A program made the position numbers and the translations under genes. This document shows, one piece after another, positions 61,178 through 64,000 of a stretch of 64,000 nt of DNA. Each line of letters begins with the position of its first letter. The first letter of the stretch is position 1. Under the pieces are notes generated by a model. That model saw only the letters and a list, made by a program, of their open reading frames with translations. It was not told where the DNA came from and ran no database searches. The stretch is from an uncultured delta proteobacterium (lineage in GTDB: Bacteria > Desulfobacterota > Binatia > Binatales > Binataceae): contig CAVXGH010000006.1 of the NCBI GenBank assembly GCA_963761255.1, positions 263,790 to 327,789 on the forward strand, in the 5' to 3' direction.

Positions 61178-61588
61178 ATATGATACGCGACCACGCGTCG
61201 AATTCTTCGGATGATTCATCGTGACGCCGATTGTCGCACTTGTGATGATGCCTCGCGTCCCACCTCGGTACAGCGACCAAAGCGATGCTCACAGGACAAA
61301 ATCGACGCACCTGCGATTATGCGCGACATTACAGAACGTCTCGTGACGGGGTAGTCTTCTCCATTGCCTGTCAACCGGTGAGATGTGCAGTCTGAGCAAA
61401 AGAAAGCACACCGCAGTTTCTCTAAAGAAACAAGTTGTACAATTTTTCTACAAATGTATGATGTTTCCTCGCTGCCCCTCGCGGAACGCTTCTTGCTTTG
61501 ACTCGCCATAGCGTAAATAAATTAGACGGTCCGCAGACGGACCACGCTTCTCGAAGAGTTTTTTCCGCTCTTCGCGACTGGGGGGAAC

Positions 61589-64000
61589 ATGAAGCGAGCC
61601 CTATCGACGCTTGGGCTAGCCGAAACGCATGGATCGGTCTCGAGGCCGATCGGATTTGATGGGTCGGCACAGCCCGCATCATTGAGCACTAACGTCGCGC
61701 GCAACCATAACGCGGAACCTCGTTTCCGTGCAGTTCCTTTTTTTCCTCGCTTCGTCGCTCTGCTGATCGCCGTCATGTTCGTAGGCATCGGCACGAGTGC
61801 CGCCAATGCGCAAACACTCAGCCTGGTAACCTCGCAACAAGCCCTGCAATCGAACGACAACGTTTCATGGGCACAGCTCAATTCCAACAACGGCGCAACC
61901 ACGCTGCCCGCGAGCTTCAATGTCACTTCCGCAAACGCGAATCCAATCACCGTCAGCCTGACCGGCGCCAATAGTGTCCCCGCGGTAAGCTGTCCCGCAT
62001 CAACATGCAGTTGGATGGGCTCCGAGATGCCAGCCGGTGATACTCTGGTTTGGACCTCGGATGGAAACAACGGAGGCAACGGTCCTCTCACTGCAACTTT
62101 CGGACATCCACAGACCGCCGTCGGCGCCTACATCCAGGCCGATGGGCCGGGGCAGTTCGTAGCGCAAATTCAGGCCTTCAACAGCGCGGGCCTGTCGTTG
62201 GGGACCCTTTCCGAAACCAGCGATGCGACCGGCGATGCCATGTTCATCGGCGTTCAGGATCACGCGGGCGCGCAGATTTCCACGATCGTTTTCAGTCTGG
62301 TCAGTGCGCAGGGACCGGTGTCGGACTTCGCCCTCGATAGCTTGTTCCTCAATGGCCCGGTGTTGCCTACGCCGACCGCCACCGTAACTCCTACTATCAC
62401 GCCGACCAGAACTCCGACGGCGACCCCGACACCCAATGTTACACCCACGCCAACTCAGGCGGGGACACCAACTCCGACTCCCGCGCCGAGTCAGAGTGTG
62501 ACGCCGACGGTCACCGTGACACCCACGAAGACCGCCACGGCGACCTTAACTCCGACGCGCACGCCTACTGCGACTTTCACCGCGACGCCCACCTTAACGG
62601 CGACGCTCACCGTGACGGCCACACCGGTGCCGACGATTCCGCCACCCACCTTGACGCCAACCGCCACCTTGACGCCCACCGTCACCCCGACTCCGACGGT
62701 GACGGCCACGCCGACTCCGACCGCGACGCCTACGACAAGCATCGCTTTCGTCGGCGCGGGGCCGCTGGCCGACTACAGCACCGCGGTGACGACAGTAACA
62801 CTCGGTCTGCCGGCCGGCGTGCAAGCGGGCGATACGCTGCTCGCGCAGATTATCGTCTATGACGGTACTGGCTCGGATGTTCCCACCGCGCCCAGCGGAT
62901 GGACGAGCATTCGCCACGACAGCATCAGCAATGGCCTCCTGGCGACCTCATGGCTCTTTTACAAGACCGCGGGCACCAACGAGCCTTCTTCTTACGGATG
63001 GAACATCAGCTCGAACTGGGCCGCTGGCGCCATGGGCGCCTGGCGAGGTGCGTCGGTCGCCCCGATCGATAGTGCTTCGGGAACGACAGCCTCGGGCGCG
63101 CTGACGATATCTGCTTCGGCGCCCTCGCTCACGCCGAGCGCCGACGATGAGTTGCAAGTGTACTTCTATGGATCGCAGTCTCACGTTGGCCCGACCATAA
63201 CTCCCTCGAGCAGCCTCAACCAGCGCTTCGATGCGAGCTCGTCGAAGGAAGGCTTCGCACTCGCCTTCGCAGACCTCGCGGCGCCTTTCGCAAACAATGC
63301 TTCGCTCGCGTATCCCTCGGTGACGAGCATCTCTGGTACTGCGGTGGTGACGGCCCAGGCGGTTTTGTTGACCGCGACAGCGCTAACTCAAAGTCCGACG
63401 CCCACAATTCCGGCGACGAAAACCGCGACCTCAACTCCCATCCCGACGACCACGCCGACGTTTACCTCGATTCCGACCAACACCGCCACGGTAGTTCACA
63501 CGCCGACCATCACCGCCACGCTCACCTCCACGGCGGTTTCAACTCCCACGCCGACACCGGTCGCGAATATCACCTTCGTCGCGACGGGGCCGCTCGCGGA
63601 CTACAGCACCGCGGTAACTACGGTTACCGTAGGGTTGCCTTCCGGCTTGCAGGCAGGCGACACCATGGTCGCTCAGCTCCTCATCTATGATGGCAGCGCC
63701 TCCGACGTCCCGACCGCGCCGAGCGGCTGGAACCTCATTCGTCACGACTCGGTAAACAACGGCAACAAAGCGACCTCATGGCTCTATTACAAGACCGCCG
63801 GTGCCAATGAGCCCGCGTCCTACGGATGGAACATCAGCTCGAACTGGGCAGCCGGTGTCATGGCGGCATGGCGCGGCGCGTCGGTTGCTCCGATCGATAG
63901 CGATGCGGGCGCGATCGCATCCACCGGCAATCCGGTTTCGGTCGCCGCTCCCTCGCTGACTCCATCTACCAACAATGAGCTGCAGATCTACTTCTACGGA
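61589..64000 (+). CDS. secreted repeat protein (3'-partial at window end): N-terminal β-domain, long Thr/Pro linker, then ≥2 copies of an uncharacterised ~200-aa domain separated by TP linkers. Not in the supplied ORF track because no stop is reached
   Basis: Manual translation from ATG 61589 is open to 64000. Signal-like …[20 protein letters not shown]. Domain copies at ~62738-63350 and ~63560-64000 (…[14 protein letters not shown](L/V)GLP(A/S)G(V/L)QAGDT…ATSWL(F/Y)YKTAG(T/A)NEP(S/A)[13 protein letters not shown]…[12 protein letters not shown]…). Confidence 0.6.
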   Translation, partial: MKRALSTLGLAETHGSVSRPIGFDGSAQPASLSTNVARNHNAEPRFRAVPFFPRFVALLIAVMFVGIGTSAANAQTLSLVTSQQALQSNDNVSWAQLNSNNGATTLPASFNVTSANANPITVSLTGANSVPAVSCPASTCSWMGSEMPAGDTLVWTSDGNNGGNGPLTATFGHPQTAVGAYIQADGPGQFVAQIQAFNSAGLSLGTLSETSDATGDAMFIGVQDHAGAQISTIVFSLVSAQGPVSDFALDSLFLNGPVLPTPTATVTPTITPTRTPTATPTPNVTPTPTQAGTPTPTPAPSQSVTPTVTVTPTKTATATLTPTRTPTATFTATPTLTATLTVTATPVPTIPPPTLTPTATLTPTVTPTPTVTATPTPTATPTTSIAFVGAGPLADYSTAVTTVTLGLPAGVQAGDTLLAQIIVYDGTGSDVPTAPSGWTSIRHDSISNGLLATSWLFYKTAGTNEPSSYGWNISSNWAAGAMGAWRGASVAPIDSASGTTASGALTISASAPSLTPSADDELQVYFYGSQSHVGPTITPSSSLNQRFDASSSKEGFALAFADLAAPFANNASLAYPSVTSISGTAVVTAQAVLLTATALTQSPTPTIPATKTATSTPIPTTTPTFTSIPTNTATVVHTPTITATLTSTAVSTPTPTPVANITFVATGPLADYSTAVTTVTVGLPSGLQAGDTMVAQLLIYDGSASDVPTAPSGWNLIRHDSVNNGNKATSWLYYKTAGANEPASYGWNISSNWAAGVMAAWRGASVAPIDSDAGAIASTGNPVSVAAPSLTPSTNNELQIYFYG

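Noticed and set aside
62491-62917. Minus-strand ORFs (VGV… / Arg-Gly-rich) opposite the Thr/Pro linker regions. The same applies to 53949..54512 and 50373..50846 on the plus strand
   Set aside because: These are antisense artefacts of ACC/CCG-rich (TP)n linker coding sequence in the real genes on the other strand.

Overview
This is a high-GC (~62-65%) bacterial chromosomal window. It is dominated by conserved housekeeping operons: mutL-miaA, accA, pheA-hisC-tyrA-cmk-rpsA-ihfB, rpmE-prfA-prmC-murA, and hisD-hisB...hisA. These are punctuated by accessory or unusual material.

By coordinate range:
- 9.5-14.8 kb: a sigma54 activator split by a frame change, lying divergent to a ChlI-like AAA+ ATPase/VWA gene pair, with a mazF-like toxin remnant between them.
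- 14.8-26.5 kb: an accessory patch (MBL hydrolase, O-methyltransferase, CAP-domain protein, YyaL-like thioredoxin protein, AurF-like diiron protein) and a PfkB-kinase::SIS fusion/DapA-like aldolase/lipoprotein operon. Its 3' end sits in a ~390-bp tandem segmental duplication rich in conserved hairpin elements.
- 31.66-32.66 kb: a HigB/HigA-like toxin-antitoxin module inserted behind murA and bounded by a ~55-bp murA 3'-end duplication.
- 32.76-34.24 kb: a ~1.5-kb tandem array of a 382-bp unit built around ~95-bp-arm palindromes.
- 36.4-38.6 kb: an S53 (sedolisin) peptidase gene on the opposite strand interrupting the his operon.
- 43.39-45.26 kb: a class-C-like group II intron (RT/maturase ORF) inserted right after an intrinsic terminator.
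- 36-64 kb: a large accessory cluster of secreted proteins (two S53 peptidases, a 1213-aa BNR/Asp-box protein, a repeat-domain protein). They carry long Thr/Pro linkers, shared Ig-like C-terminal domains and a shared uncharacterised ~200-aa domain. They are interleaved with three GT-C-type membrane glycosyltransferase-like genes (two paralogous PMT/ArnT-like, one YfhO-like). I read this as a candidate protein O-glycosylation / surface-protease system.

Four genes carry apparent frameshifts. At least two of them are single-base homopolymer indels, so they are probably sequence errors.
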